A stretch of 58,402 bases of DNA from an uncultured Anaerolineales bacterium (lineage in GTDB: Bacteria; Chloroflexota; Anaerolineae; Epilineales; JAHCIE01). The DNA is taken from NCBI GenBank assembly GCA_964557745.1, contig CAZLBQ010000001.1:1-58402 (forward strand). The letters are read 5' to 3'. The notes below the pieces were generated by a model, which was not told the DNA's origin, did no database searches, and worked only from the letters and a program-made list of their open reading frames with translations. The translations under genes were made by a program, and so were the position numbers. Shown here piece after piece: positions 8,654-18,405 of this stretch; position 1 is the first letter of the stretch, and the number at the start of each line of letters is the position of its first letter.

Positions 8654-9846
8654 TGCGCGTCGGGATCACCGCCGAATTCATTGGTGTCAAGAGCTGTGGC
8701 CCCGCCACCTACACCCGCAATCTCCTGGTAGGTCTGGCTGGCCTGACCACAGCGCACCAGTTCTATCCCTACCTGGCCACACGAGCTGCCTTCGAGCAGA
8801 TGCCACGGGTTTCTCACATCACCCCGCGCATGGTCGGCCCCTACAACGCCTGGCTCCGGGTGCCGGTGACGCTCCCCCTGGAGTTGCTGCGCCAGCGTGT
8901 CGATCTGCTCCACGCCCAGGGGTGGGCGCCCCCGTGGTGTCCCTGTCCCGTTGTGTTGACGGTTCACGATCTCTCGTGGGAGACAACACCGCAAACGTAC
9001 ACCCGAGCCATGCGCTGGCGGTTAACCTTGCTCGTGCGGACTAGCGTCCGGCGCGCCGTTCGCATCATCACCTCCTCGCGCCACTCAGCGCAGGATTTGA
9101 TGCGCCTGTATCACGTCGCCCACGAGAAAATCCGCGTGATTTATCCGGCGCTCGACCCGACATTGACCCGCGTGACGGATGTAGACGCCCTAGCGCGGAC
9201 GCAGCGTCGCTATGGTATCAGCGGTCCCTACCTGCTCTATCTGGGTGTCATCGAGCCAAAGAAGAACATCGACCGCTTGATCCGTGCCTATGCAACTCTG
9301 CGCGAGAGACAGGCAGCGCCACGCCTGGTCATCGCCGGTCGTCTAGGCTGGCTCGCTCAACCTATCGTTGAGCTTGGCCGCGCCTTGGCCCGCAACGGGG
9401 ACATTCTCTTCACGGGTAAAGTGGCGCAAGAGGATATCGCGGCGCTCTATAGCGGCGCGGACGCCTTCGCCTTCCTGTCGTCGTCGGAGGGGTTTGGCTA
9501 TCCCCCCCTAGAAGCGATGGCATGTGGAACGCCAACTGTCGTGTCTAATCTGACGTCCCTGCCAGAGGTTGTCGGCGACGCAGCGCTGCTCGTGAACCCG
9601 CTGGATACTGAGGCAATCGCGCAGGCGTTGTCGTGCCTCCTCAATGACGTGGCCTTGCGCCGTCACCTACAGACCGCCGGTTACGAGCGCAGCCAGCAGT
9701 TCCAACCTGAGCGGCTGGCGAGCCAAGTCGTAGCGGTCTACGAAGAGTGTGACGCGGAAGCCCGTTCGCTGCCAAGCACCGGGAAGCACTATGCTGGGCT
9801 AGCGAAGGAAGCCTCGCTACGGCGTGAGGAGACAACAAATGTCTGA
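8653..9846 (+). CDS. GT-B glycosyltransferase (GT4-like)
   Basis: The C-terminal motif [24 protein letters not shown] is the EX7E region. I chose the start at MRVGITAEF (TGATG junction at 8651-8655). The 8371 ORF extension reads as Arg/Pro-rich junk. Confidence 0.9.
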   Translation: MRVGITAEFIGVKSCGPATYTRNLLVGLAGLTTAHQFYPYLATRAAFEQMPRVSHITPRMVGPYNAWLRVPVTLPLELLRQRVDLLHAQGWAPPWCPCPVVLTVHDLSWETTPQTYTRAMRWRLTLLVRTSVRRAVRIITSSRHSAQDLMRLYHVAHEKIRVIYPALDPTLTRVTDVDALARTQRRYGISGPYLLYLGVIEPKKNIDRLIRAYATLRERQAAPRLVIAGRLGWLAQPIVELGRALARNGDILFTGKVAQEDIAALYSGADAFAFLSSSEGFGYPPLEAMACGTPTVVSNLTSLPEVVGDAALLVNPLDTEAIAQALSCLLNDVALRRHLQTAGYERSQQFQPERLASQVVAVYEECDAEARSLPSTGKHYAGLAKEASLRREETTNV

Positions 9847-10849
9847 GTTATGGACAGCCAGGGCTGACTGGCCGATCAAGGGCAAGGAGAATAGCCTGGC
9901 TGCTTCGCCTGCCATTCCCTACGTCTGCCCGGCCTGCCACGGGGACCTGCTGGCGATGGCCACAGCGCTCCGGTGTAGCGCCTGTGGCGCGACGTACCCC
10001 CGTCTCGACACGGCCTATGTCGACTTTGCGGGTCCCAACCGCACGTTCGACGACTGGTGGATGCAGACACCCGAGAAACAGCAGCGCTGGCTCAGCTACG
10101 AGGCGCCCAAAGAAGAGGAGTATGAGATTGGGCTGGCCCGCCGGTTTATCCTGCCGCTGCTCGACCGGCTCCACTATGCTCCGGGTCACAGCGCCTTGCT
10201 CTCGGCCGGCTGCGGGCTGGGCGCCGACGTCGATTTCTTGAACGAAACCGGCTACCCGACGTGGGGCGTCGATTGCGGCAACCGTGTCCAGCGCTGGTCG
10301 ATGCGTCGCTATCGCGAACGGTTGGCGCGCGCCGATGTCCTGAACCTGCCATTCCCTGACGCAGCCTTCGACTTCGTCCTGGCGCTCAATCTCCTGGAGC
10401 ACATCGGTGTCGTCGGCGATACGACGACGGTGACCGAGGATTATGAAGCTCAGCGTCTCCAGGCGCTCCATTCGCTGCTACGAGTCACCAAGCCCGGAGG
10501 CTATGTCTTGCTGAGCGGTCTAAACCGCACCATTCCCATCGATATCGGGCACGTACAGAACGTGCGTTTCGCGCGTTTTCACTCGCCCTGGGAGAGGTTC
10601 CTGCTGTCGTATGGCGATGTCAAGCGGCTGTGCTGGGCAACAGGCCAGGTCGACTGGACCGAACCTCTCCCATTACGAGGTTTCTTTTCCTGGACCACGC
10701 TGCGGCGCTATCACATCCTGCGGCCCGTCCTGCCTCTGGTCGATTGGCTCTTCGGGTGCTTCCCGAATGCTGTCTACGGCTCCTGGCTATCGTTCTTTTG
10801 GATTGTCCTGGTGCGGCGGAGGATGAGTGGAACTGCGTCGCTATCTTGA
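9839..10849 (+). CDS. Class I SAM-dependent methyltransferase with an N-terminal Trm112-like zinc ribbon
   Basis: CPACHGDL...CSACGATYP four-Cys ribbon, LSAGCGLGADV motif I and FDFVLALNLLEHI. The C-terminal tail is hydrophobic. Confidence 0.8.
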   Translation: MSELWTARADWPIKGKENSLAASPAIPYVCPACHGDLLAMATALRCSACGATYPRLDTAYVDFAGPNRTFDDWWMQTPEKQQRWLSYEAPKEEEYEIGLARRFILPLLDRLHYAPGHSALLSAGCGLGADVDFLNETGYPTWGVDCGNRVQRWSMRRYRERLARADVLNLPFPDAAFDFVLALNLLEHIGVVGDTTTVTEDYEAQRLQALHSLLRVTKPGGYVLLSGLNRTIPIDIGHVQNVRFARFHSPWERFLLSYGDVKRLCWATGQVDWTEPLPLRGFFSWTTLRRYHILRPVLPLVDWLFGCFPNAVYGSWLSFFWIVLVRRRMSGTASLS

Positions 10850-12470
10850 GATTCTGGCGGCCTATCGCTGGCAATTGGTTCTGATTCCCCTGGTCGCCGC
10901 CGTGTTGGCGTTCGCGGCAACCTACGTCGTCGCCCCGCGCTACGTGGCGGTTGCCACCGTCCAGCTCATTCCCGACGAAGTCGAACCCAGCACCGTAACG
11001 CTTCGCACCCCTGGCGGACCAAATAGCCCGGCGATTGGATTGCGCGATCCTGCGGAACTGCTCGTGCAGAATGTGATCGAGGGCCTGGGTAGCCAGGAAG
11101 TTGGCCAGTGGATTGTCAATGATCTCAACGTCACCCCTGCCTCCCCGCCGGTGGGCCTCGCCGCTCTCAAGCAGCGCGTGAGCGAGTTCGCACGGGATGT
11201 GTGGACCTGGCTGCGCTACGGGTACGTCGCCCACCAGGAAGACTCTTCGGCGCTCGCCTCCGCCGTCAACAGTGCCCTCTCGGCCCAACTGGTGAATGGT
11301 AGCTACTATGTAAAGATTAGCGCGGTCTGGAATGACCCGCAGATGGCCGCCAGGGTAGCGAACTCCTCAGTTCAGGCGTTGCTGGCACAGTCGCGTCGCC
11401 TGGCCGCCACGGCGGCGAGCGAGCGGACACGTTTTCTCGAGACTCAGATGCAGAGCGCGCAGCACGGCGTGGAGAGCGCCCGTGAGGCAATGCTACAGTA
11501 TATGGTGGACAATCGCGTGGCTGCTAATGAGTCGGTGCGCAGCGCCATCACGGCCCTGGAGACGGCCCGCGCGGCGGTCCGCCAAAACGAGGTTGACCTG
11601 GCAGGGAACCGTCGCCGGCTGACCGAGATCCAGACGCAGCTCAACTCGCTCGTCCCCGAGACGACCACCGTCCAGACCTACGAGGGTACAGGTCAACCAG
11701 CCGCGAAGGCCGAGTCGCGGGTCTTCGCCCAGAACCCGCTCTATCAGTCGCTCCGCGAGCGCATCGCGACGCTGCAGCAGGATATCGCAGCCCTTGAGGT
11801 GCGCCACGATCAACTGGAAGGGAGCGCGCAGGGGGAGAACGAGCGGGCGTTGGACGAGACGCGACGCCGGCTCGAAGTTGCCCAGCAGCAACTAAAGAAT
11901 ACGCCTTCACAGTGGATCACCGTGCAGTCCACGGAGGACAACGCCTCCCCCGCCAGCAGTGTCGCCCGTATGTCAAGCCCGAACCTCGTCTACCAGACTG
12001 TTCAGGAGCAAGCCCTCTCACTGCAACAAGACATCGCTGCTCTGGAGACGCGGCAAAGCTATCTCGAAGACCAGATGCGAAGCCGAGAGCAGGACCTACG
12101 TGCCCTGACGGCGCAGGACACGCGTCTGGCCGCTCTCAACCAGGATCTCCTCAGCGCGACTGAAATCTACAATCGTCGGGTCTCGCTGTGGTCCGATGCA
12201 CGCCTGGAAGAGGCGCGCACTGTCACACAGGTGCGCATCATTGATGCCGCGCGTCCGCCGCTCTACCCCAGCTATCCCATCAAGATTATGTGGGGTCTCA
12301 TTGGAGTCGTGGCGGGTCTGGTGATGGTGATTGGTCTGATCTTCGTGCGCCATCAGATGGACCTGGCTGTGCATTCAGCGGAGGAAGCCGAAGCCGCTTT
12401 GCAGCTAGCGCTGCTGAGTGTTGTGCCCACGTCAGGGAGTGGTGGCGGGCGAGCGCGCCGAGGAGCGTAG
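10827..12470 (+). CDS. wzz: Polysaccharide co-polymerase (Wzz/GumC-type chain-length determinant)
   Basis: N-terminal Wzz-type segment (YLEILAAYRWQLVLIPLVAAVLAFAATYVVAPRY), a long Q/A/E/R coiled-coil middle and a C-terminal TM (IMWGLIGVVAGLVMVIGLIF). Confidence 0.85.
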   Translation: MELRRYLEILAAYRWQLVLIPLVAAVLAFAATYVVAPRYVAVATVQLIPDEVEPSTVTLRTPGGPNSPAIGLRDPAELLVQNVIEGLGSQEVGQWIVNDLNVTPASPPVGLAALKQRVSEFARDVWTWLRYGYVAHQEDSSALASAVNSALSAQLVNGSYYVKISAVWNDPQMAARVANSSVQALLAQSRRLAATAASERTRFLETQMQSAQHGVESAREAMLQYMVDNRVAANESVRSAITALETARAAVRQNEVDLAGNRRRLTEIQTQLNSLVPETTTVQTYEGTGQPAAKAESRVFAQNPLYQSLRERIATLQQDIAALEVRHDQLEGSAQGENERALDETRRRLEVAQQQLKNTPSQWITVQSTEDNASPASSVARMSSPNLVYQTVQEQALSLQQDIAALETRQSYLEDQMRSREQDLRALTAQDTRLAALNQDLLSATEIYNRRVSLWSDARLEEARTVTQVRIIDAARPPLYPSYPIKIMWGLIGVVAGLVMVIGLIFVRHQMDLAVHSAEEAEAALQLALLSVVPTSGSGGGRARRGA

Positions 12471-12482
12471 CCTGGGGGAAGC

Positions 12483-13202
12483 GTGACGGTTGATGATAAG
12501 GCCCTCCAGGGGCCGCGCACCAGGAAAGAGCAGTTGGGCCGGCGCGGTCGCAGTGGGAGCAGAGGACAACACACGGAGGAGGGGGAGAATTGGCCTGGGG
12601 CGCCAGCCGAACTGGAACCTGGCTCACCCCTTATGGATGCTTGCCGAACGTTGCGCGTGAGTCTCGCTCTGCCTTCGGTGAACACCCCCATCGCCCCCCT
12701 GCTTGTGGTCAGCCTCGCGTCGGATTGGAACTGTGCCCTGGTTGTCGCCGGGCTGGCCCTGGCCCTGGCAGAGGAAGAGCGCAGAACCGTCCTGGTCGAT
12801 GCCAACGTGCGCCAGCCCATGCTCCATTCGGTCTTTTCGCTGCCACGTTCGCCCGGCTTCAGCGAGTCGCTGGACTATCCCAGCGACCCGCCCGCCTGCT
12901 TCCCGGTACGAGACCACCTCTGGTTATTGAGCGCGGGCTCGTCGCCGCGCGCCGCGTCCGGACTACTGAGTTTGCCATCGGCCGTCCAGGTCACGCGGAG
13001 ATTGGCCGAGCAGTTCGATGCCGTGGTCTATCACACGGTTTACCAGGCCTCGCTACCGGACGCCTTGCTATTAGCCGCCCATGTGAAGACGGCTATCCTG
13101 CTCGTCCAGAGCGGCGTGGATGCGCCGCAGCCGTTACGGCGGGCAAAAGAGCGGCTCAGCCGCGCCGGCCTGACCCTGTTGGGCTTCGCCCTGGTGGAGT
13201 AG
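12483..13202 (+). CDS. BY-kinase (CpsD/CapB/MinD-fold) homologue with degenerate nucleotide-binding motifs
   Basis: It aligns by eye to CapB-type kinases. The Walker A position reads SLASDWNCAL instead of PGEGKS. Walker A-prime reads VLVDANVRQP, and the Walker B position reads AVVYHTVY. There is no C-terminal Tyr cluster. Confidence 0.7.
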   Translation: MTVDDKALQGPRTRKEQLGRRGRSGSRGQHTEEGENWPGAPAELEPGSPLMDACRTLRVSLALPSVNTPIAPLLVVSLASDWNCALVVAGLALALAEEERRTVLVDANVRQPMLHSVFSLPRSPGFSESLDYPSDPPACFPVRDHLWLLSAGSSPRAASGLLSLPSAVQVTRRLAEQFDAVVYHTVYQASLPDALLLAAHVKTAILLVQSGVDAPQPLRRAKERLSRAGLTLLGFALVE

Positions 13203-13207
13203 CGTTT

Positions 13208-14428
13208 ATGACTCCAACCCCTATAACCCGCCCCCATTCGTCAGCTCTGCTCAACCCGGCCGAGGGTCGTCTGCGCACCATCCTGTCTATCCGAAGCTGC
13301 GATTGCGGCATCCAGGGGCCTGAAAACCTTATTCTGACCCTGGCCGAGCAACTCGGGCAGCGGGGCGTGCGCTACGTCATCATTAATCTCTGGGATGGTG
13401 ACCCGCCCACAGTCGCATTACACGAGGAGGCGCTGCGACGTGGGCTAGAGAGTTATGTGCTGGTGACGAAGGGGACGTTTGACATGTCGCTCTTTCCGCA
13501 ACTCAGGGCGATCATCCAGCGCTTCCAGCCGGATGTCATCCATACCCACGGCTTCAAAAGCGAAGTAGCGGCCCTCGTCGCCAGTCGTCTCACCCACGCT
13601 CGCCTCATCGGTTTCTACTACGGGCGGCTTGCCCTGAACACATGGTGGTACCAGGTGGAGGAGATGAGCAGCCTACTTATGTTTCGGTTCTTTGATCATG
13701 TTCATGCCAACTCCCACGCTCAGCACGACGAGTTGCGGGCCTGGCGGCTGCCCGCCCAACGCGTCGACGTCGTACCCAGTTTTGTCGACACTGATCAACT
13801 CCGCCCACCATCACCAGTCGAGCGGGCTGCCGCGCGGCAGACGCTGGGTATTGACCTCCAGCGGCCGGTGCTCACCACCCTCGGCCGCCTGTCCCTCAAC
13901 AAAGGGCACACCTACATGCTCCAGGCGCTAACCGAGATTCGCCGTGTCATACCCGATGTTCTCTATCTCATCGTCGGCGACGAAGGGCAGGCCTGGCGGG
14001 GCGAAGGAGGCTTACGCGCGGTCCTGGAGCGGCAGGTCGCCACCGAGAGGTTAGCGGACAATGTCCTCGTCACGGGCTATTATCCTGATCTCTTGACCGT
14101 GCTGCACGCGACCGACATCATCGTCTCGCCCTCGCTGCGCGAGGGAATGCAAGTGGCCCTGCTAGAGGCGATGGCAACGGCCCGGCCCGTTGTCGCCACG
14201 GCGACTGGCGGGACACCGGACGCGGTTCAGCATGGTGTTAGCTGTCTGCTCGTGCCGCCCATGGACTCGTCGGCCCTGACGGTCGCAGTTCTCCAACTGC
14301 TCCAGGATCAGGATACCATGCGGCGGATGGGCGAAGCGAGCCGACAGTACGCCGAACAGCATTTCGATGTGCGCGTGGTGGCCGACCAGGTCGTGAGGCG
14401 GGCAGAGCAGGTGGTGGCGGGTGACTGA
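13208..14428 (+). CDS. GT-B glycosyltransferase (GT4-like)
   Basis: RLSLNKGHTYMLQAL and PSLREGMQVALLEAMATARPVVATATGG. I chose the start at ATG 13208; the upstream ORF extension is junk. Confidence 0.9.
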   Translation: MTPTPITRPHSSALLNPAEGRLRTILSIRSCDCGIQGPENLILTLAEQLGQRGVRYVIINLWDGDPPTVALHEEALRRGLESYVLVTKGTFDMSLFPQLRAIIQRFQPDVIHTHGFKSEVAALVASRLTHARLIGFYYGRLALNTWWYQVEEMSSLLMFRFFDHVHANSHAQHDELRAWRLPAQRVDVVPSFVDTDQLRPPSPVERAAARQTLGIDLQRPVLTTLGRLSLNKGHTYMLQALTEIRRVIPDVLYLIVGDEGQAWRGEGGLRAVLERQVATERLADNVLVTGYYPDLLTVLHATDIIVSPSLREGMQVALLEAMATARPVVATATGGTPDAVQHGVSCLLVPPMDSSALTVAVLQLLQDQDTMRRMGEASRQYAEQHFDVRVVADQVVRRAEQVVAGD

Positions 14429-15863
14429 CGTGGTCTCGCGGCGGAGGATGGTCGCGCCGTCCCTGTCTCTGACCCTGCTGCTAGGGGGAGCGGCCGGTCT
14501 GCTAGCAGTGGCGCTCCTAATAACTGGTACGCCTGCCCGCGCGGCGCTGGCTCTGGCCGCGCTGGGCGGCGGCGCATTGATCCTCAGCGCGCCCCACCTC
14601 GGCCTATACCTTCTCACGGCGGCCATGATTGCGCAGTGGCCCTTTGAGGCCATCAAGCTCGTAGGCATGGCGGTGACAGGCTCGACGCTGCTTTGGGCGC
14701 TGGCCACACGCCGGCGGCTGATACCCCGCGACCCTCTCCTCCTGGTTCTGACGCTGCTGATTGGCGTCATCTGGCTCTCGACGCTGAAGGTGGGGCTGCG
14801 CGCCAATCTCGGTGTCGCCCTCTCGTGGACCAGCTATCTTGCCCTGTATTGGACGATGTCTACCTTGGCGACGTCAGGCCGCGTCGTCCAACGTCTGGTG
14901 ACCGCCATGTTGGTCTCTGGCGTTGTGATCGCGCTCATTGCCTTTATCCAGTTCAAACATCCATTCGTGTGGATTGTCTCGACCTCGTTGCTCTATAATC
15001 CCTACCTTCAGGCGAATACATCCCTGGCGGAATGGGATGGGTCCACCCGCGTCGAGAGCCTCGCTGGCACCCCGGACTACCTCGGTCTCAGCATGCAAGT
15101 CCTCATCCCCTTGATCGCCTTCTGGACGCTCCGCCAGACATCCTCGCTACGACGTGTCGTGGGATGGGCAGCCCTCGGTGCGATCGTTGGCGGCATGCTG
15201 CTGAGCCTGACGCGCGGTGTAATGGTGGTCACGCTCCTTATCGTCGTCCCGTCCCTCGCCGCGCGGCTCGGCTGGCGGCGCGCGGTCCCCTTCCTGGCCG
15301 TAGGCTCGCTCGTGGCCCTCATCGCCCTAGCCAGCTTCGAGCCGCTTCGTGTGCGCGTGCTTTCTATCACCAGTGAGTGGCTGGTAGGGGATGCGAGTAC
15401 GGCTGGGGGGTGGCGGCGCGAGGTAATCCCCATCGCGCTCCGCATGTTTTTCGACTACTTCTGGACGGGCGTCGGTCTCCAGCAGCACCAGACACTATGG
15501 CGCATCTACGCGCCGTCGAGCATCGCTCTGCCCGGCTTCACCTTGCCGATTCACAATGCATACTTGGTGGTAGCCGTCGAACTGGGCATCGGCGGGCTGA
15601 GCTTGGTCGTGCTGTTAGTGGTCATGGCGTGGCGCCATGTGCGTGTCGCGCAGGCTCATTTTCGGGCTACGCAGCAGGCAGCGCTACTGGACCTGGCCTC
15701 GGCCGTAGAGATCGCCTGGGTCATGCAGGCGTTCACCATCCTCCTCTACCCAGCCCTGAACACGAGCTACCGCTACTGCTGGGTGGTGCTGGCCGTGATC
15801 GGCGCGCTGACTCGGATTGCCGCTGACCAGCGTGCCGCAGCGGCGGAGGCGACACGTGCTTAA
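14421..15863 (+). CDS. wzy: O-antigen ligase/polymerase family membrane protein (Wzy-like)
   Basis: About 10-12 hydrophobic helices, with an LSLTRGVMV motif followed by a larger loop, as in the Wzy_C family. The GTG start overlaps the upstream stop by 8 nt. Confidence 0.8.
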   Translation: MTDVVSRRRMVAPSLSLTLLLGGAAGLLAVALLITGTPARAALALAALGGGALILSAPHLGLYLLTAAMIAQWPFEAIKLVGMAVTGSTLLWALATRRRLIPRDPLLLVLTLLIGVIWLSTLKVGLRANLGVALSWTSYLALYWTMSTLATSGRVVQRLVTAMLVSGVVIALIAFIQFKHPFVWIVSTSLLYNPYLQANTSLAEWDGSTRVESLAGTPDYLGLSMQVLIPLIAFWTLRQTSSLRRVVGWAALGAIVGGMLLSLTRGVMVVTLLIVVPSLAARLGWRRAVPFLAVGSLVALIALASFEPLRVRVLSITSEWLVGDASTAGGWRREVIPIALRMFFDYFWTGVGLQQHQTLWRIYAPSSIALPGFTLPIHNAYLVVAVELGIGGLSLVVLLVVMAWRHVRVAQAHFRATQQAALLDLASAVEIAWVMQAFTILLYPALNTSYRYCWVVLAVIGALTRIAADQRAAAAEATRA

Positions 15864-17202
15864 GCGGCTCCTGGAGCGAGGGATGACGCTCAAGCGCAGG
15901 CTCGGTCTGCTCTGGCCGACGGCGCAGATGTTCAGTTCGCGTATGGTCGGTCAGGCCGCTAGCTTCCTGGTCTCGATTCTCGTCGCTCGGCTGCTCGGGC
16001 CGCAGGACTTCGGCCTCTACTCGTTTGCCCTGATTGCCGCCATGTTGCTCTCGGAGATACCCGGCGCGGGGCTGGACCTGTCGGCGGTACGCCTCAGCGC
16101 CCGAGATTGGGTGGCGCAGCCGGCCAGGGCGCGGGGTGTGCTCGTCGTCGCCAGCTTGACGAAGGCGGTCGTTGGCCTGGCCTTGCTGCTCCTCGCTGTG
16201 AGTCTCGTCGACCCCATTGTGGGCCGGCGTCTTGGGCAGCCCGAACTCATTCTCCCCATCCGCTGGGCTGCGGTTGCGGCCGTCGGCCTTGGCATGACCG
16301 AGTTCATGATAGCCTCGCTCCAGGCGCGCGAGCAGTTCGGGCACATTCTCGCCGTCAATGTCGCCCTCGCCGCGGTGCGCCTTGGTCCGATTGCTCTCCT
16401 GGCCGCTGCGGGTCGCCTGACCCTGGTCGCCGCGCTACTGGCCTTCACCATCGCCGCCTATGTGGGTTGTGGGTTGAGCGCGTGGGCGGCCTGGCGAGCC
16501 TGGGCCGGGACCACCCATTGGGCCGCCGAGACGATGCGCGAGCTGTTCGTCTTCGCGCGCTGGTTCATCCTGGCGACGCTGGTCGGTGTCATGACGAACA
16601 GTCTGGACGTGCTGGCCCTCGGCCATCTCGCCGGCCCCCAGCCAACCGGCATCTACGCAGCGGCGCGGACGCTGGCGCTGCCGTTGGCGGTCGCTGCGCC
16701 GGCGCTCGGGGCGGTGTTGCTGCCCCGCTTCAGCCGGCTCGCGGTCCAGGGACGATTGGGTCCCTATGTACGTTCCGTGAGCCGTCGCGTTACCATTGTG
16801 ACATTAGTGGGCGCTGGCGCGGTGGTTGTCGTGGCGCCGCTCATCGTACGCCTCGTCTATGGTGAACAGTATGCCGATACGTCGCGTGTCTTTCAGGTGC
16901 TGGCCCTCGCCTATAGCGCCCAGATCATGACATGGCCCGCTCTCGCGCTCCTCATGGCGGTGGACCGGCCCCGCATTATCGCGCTGCTGAGCCTTGTCCA
17001 ACTGGTCGGCGTAGCTGTCGGCTACCGGCTCGTCGCGCCCGTGTGGGGAGCGGTGGGGGTGGCTATCGTCTACTGCGCGGGCTGCGGGCTGGTGCTCGTC
17101 CCATACGCCCTAACGACTTGGCTGACCCTGCGGCGGCTTGGGCAGACTGACGTGCCGCTTGTTGGTCTGAGGGTAGCGCCAGTGGAGAAGCCGTCGCCAT
17201 GA
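15856..17202 (+). CDS. wzx: Polysaccharide flippase (Wzx, MOP superfamily)
   Basis: A polytopic membrane protein with the Wzx-type N-terminus (GQAASFLVSILVARLLGPQDFGLYSFAL). The start is uncertain (15817, 15856 or 15883). Confidence 0.8.
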   Translation: MLKRLLERGMTLKRRLGLLWPTAQMFSSRMVGQAASFLVSILVARLLGPQDFGLYSFALIAAMLLSEIPGAGLDLSAVRLSARDWVAQPARARGVLVVASLTKAVVGLALLLLAVSLVDPIVGRRLGQPELILPIRWAAVAAVGLGMTEFMIASLQAREQFGHILAVNVALAAVRLGPIALLAAAGRLTLVAALLAFTIAAYVGCGLSAWAAWRAWAGTTHWAAETMRELFVFARWFILATLVGVMTNSLDVLALGHLAGPQPTGIYAAARTLALPLAVAAPALGAVLLPRFSRLAVQGRLGPYVRSVSRRVTIVTLVGAGAVVVVAPLIVRLVYGEQYADTSRVFQVLALAYSAQIMTWPALALLMAVDRPRIIALLSLVQLVGVAVGYRLVAPVWGAVGVAIVYCAGCGLVLVPYALTTWLTLRRLGQTDVPLVGLRVAPVEKPSP

Positions 17203-18380
17203 GGGTCATGCTCCTCTACCACCGCTTGCCTTATCCGGTCAACAACGGCGGCCGGATGCGCATGGTTCACCTGACGCGGCAACTCGCCCGCGCGTACGAG
17301 GTCAGGGTGCTGTGTCCCCAAGCGAGCGACACCGACCTGGCCGGCTTGCGTGCCGTGCTGGGGCCACCCATCGAGGTCACGCCCGCCCCGTGGTCCACCG
17401 TCCACGATCGCGGCTCGTTAGCAGCGTGGCTGTCCCCGCTACCCCGCGATGTCTACCGCGGCGCGCCCGGCTCAAGCGCGCGTCGGTTCCTCGACAGGTG
17501 GCTGGACCACTGGACGCCCGACTTGCTCCTCGCCACCGATCCTGTGCTGGGTGAATATGTGCGGCCCTATCCGCAGGTGAGGCGCATGGTGGACATCGCC
17601 GCCGAGTATGTCCTGTATCTTCGCCGCGGGCTGCGGCTTCAGCCCACGCTTGCTCGCCCCTACGCCTGGCTCCGCATCCTCAAGTGGGCGGCTTACATGC
17701 GCTCACTGCACGAGCATGTAGACGTATGGACAGTCCCGTCGTCGGTCGATCGCGCCGCCTTGCTGAAGCTGCTGCGGCCCGCGGCCCACGTCAGCGTCGT
17801 CCCGAATGGGGTCGACATCGCGCTCAATCCCTACTCCCTCGTGGCGGACGCACCGCTGTGCCTCGCCCACTGCGGCTCGCTGAGCTACGAACCCAACCGC
17901 GACGCTCTGGTGTATTTTTGCGATGCCATCTGGCCGCGCGTGTTGGACCACGCCCCGGAGGTCAAGCTGATGGTGACAGGGGAGAGCAGTGGAGCGCCAG
18001 CCGCCGTGAGACAGGCGCCCAACCTCGTGATGACGGGCTATCTACCGGATGTGCGCTCCGTCATTCAGGCGTGTCGGGCGGAGATTGTGCCGCTGCGCCT
18101 CGGCGTCGGCACCCGCCTGAAGATTATGGAGGCCATGGCGCTGGGGACGCCCGTCGTGTCGACGTCGGTCGGGGCGGAGGGGCTAGAGGTAACCCACGGG
18201 CAGGATATCCTCCTGGCCGACGACCCGGCGGCGTTTGCCGATAGCGTGGTCAAGGTTCTCCACTCACCCGCGTTGCGGCTGCGCCTGAGCGAGGCAGGAC
18301 GCAAGCTCGTCGAACAACGCTACGCCTGGGACGTCATCGGGGATGGGCTGCGGGCGGTTGTGAGGGGGGATGGGAGATGA
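17199..18380 (+). CDS. GT-B glycosyltransferase (GT4-like)
   Basis: MRVMLLYHRLPYPVNNGGRMR N-terminus and GVGTRLKIMEAMALGTPVVSTSVGAEG near the C-terminus. There is an ATGA overlap upstream. Confidence 0.9.
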   Translation: MRVMLLYHRLPYPVNNGGRMRMVHLTRQLARAYEVRVLCPQASDTDLAGLRAVLGPPIEVTPAPWSTVHDRGSLAAWLSPLPRDVYRGAPGSSARRFLDRWLDHWTPDLLLATDPVLGEYVRPYPQVRRMVDIAAEYVLYLRRGLRLQPTLARPYAWLRILKWAAYMRSLHEHVDVWTVPSSVDRAALLKLLRPAAHVSVVPNGVDIALNPYSLVADAPLCLAHCGSLSYEPNRDALVYFCDAIWPRVLDHAPEVKLMVTGESSGAPAAVRQAPNLVMTGYLPDVRSVIQACRAEIVPLRLGVGTRLKIMEAMALGTPVVSTSVGAEGLEVTHGQDILLADDPAAFADSVVKVLHSPALRLRLSEAGRKLVEQRYAWDVIGDGLRAVVRGDGR

Positions 18381-18405
18381 GAGGGATTGGGCAGAGGAGG
18401 GAACG

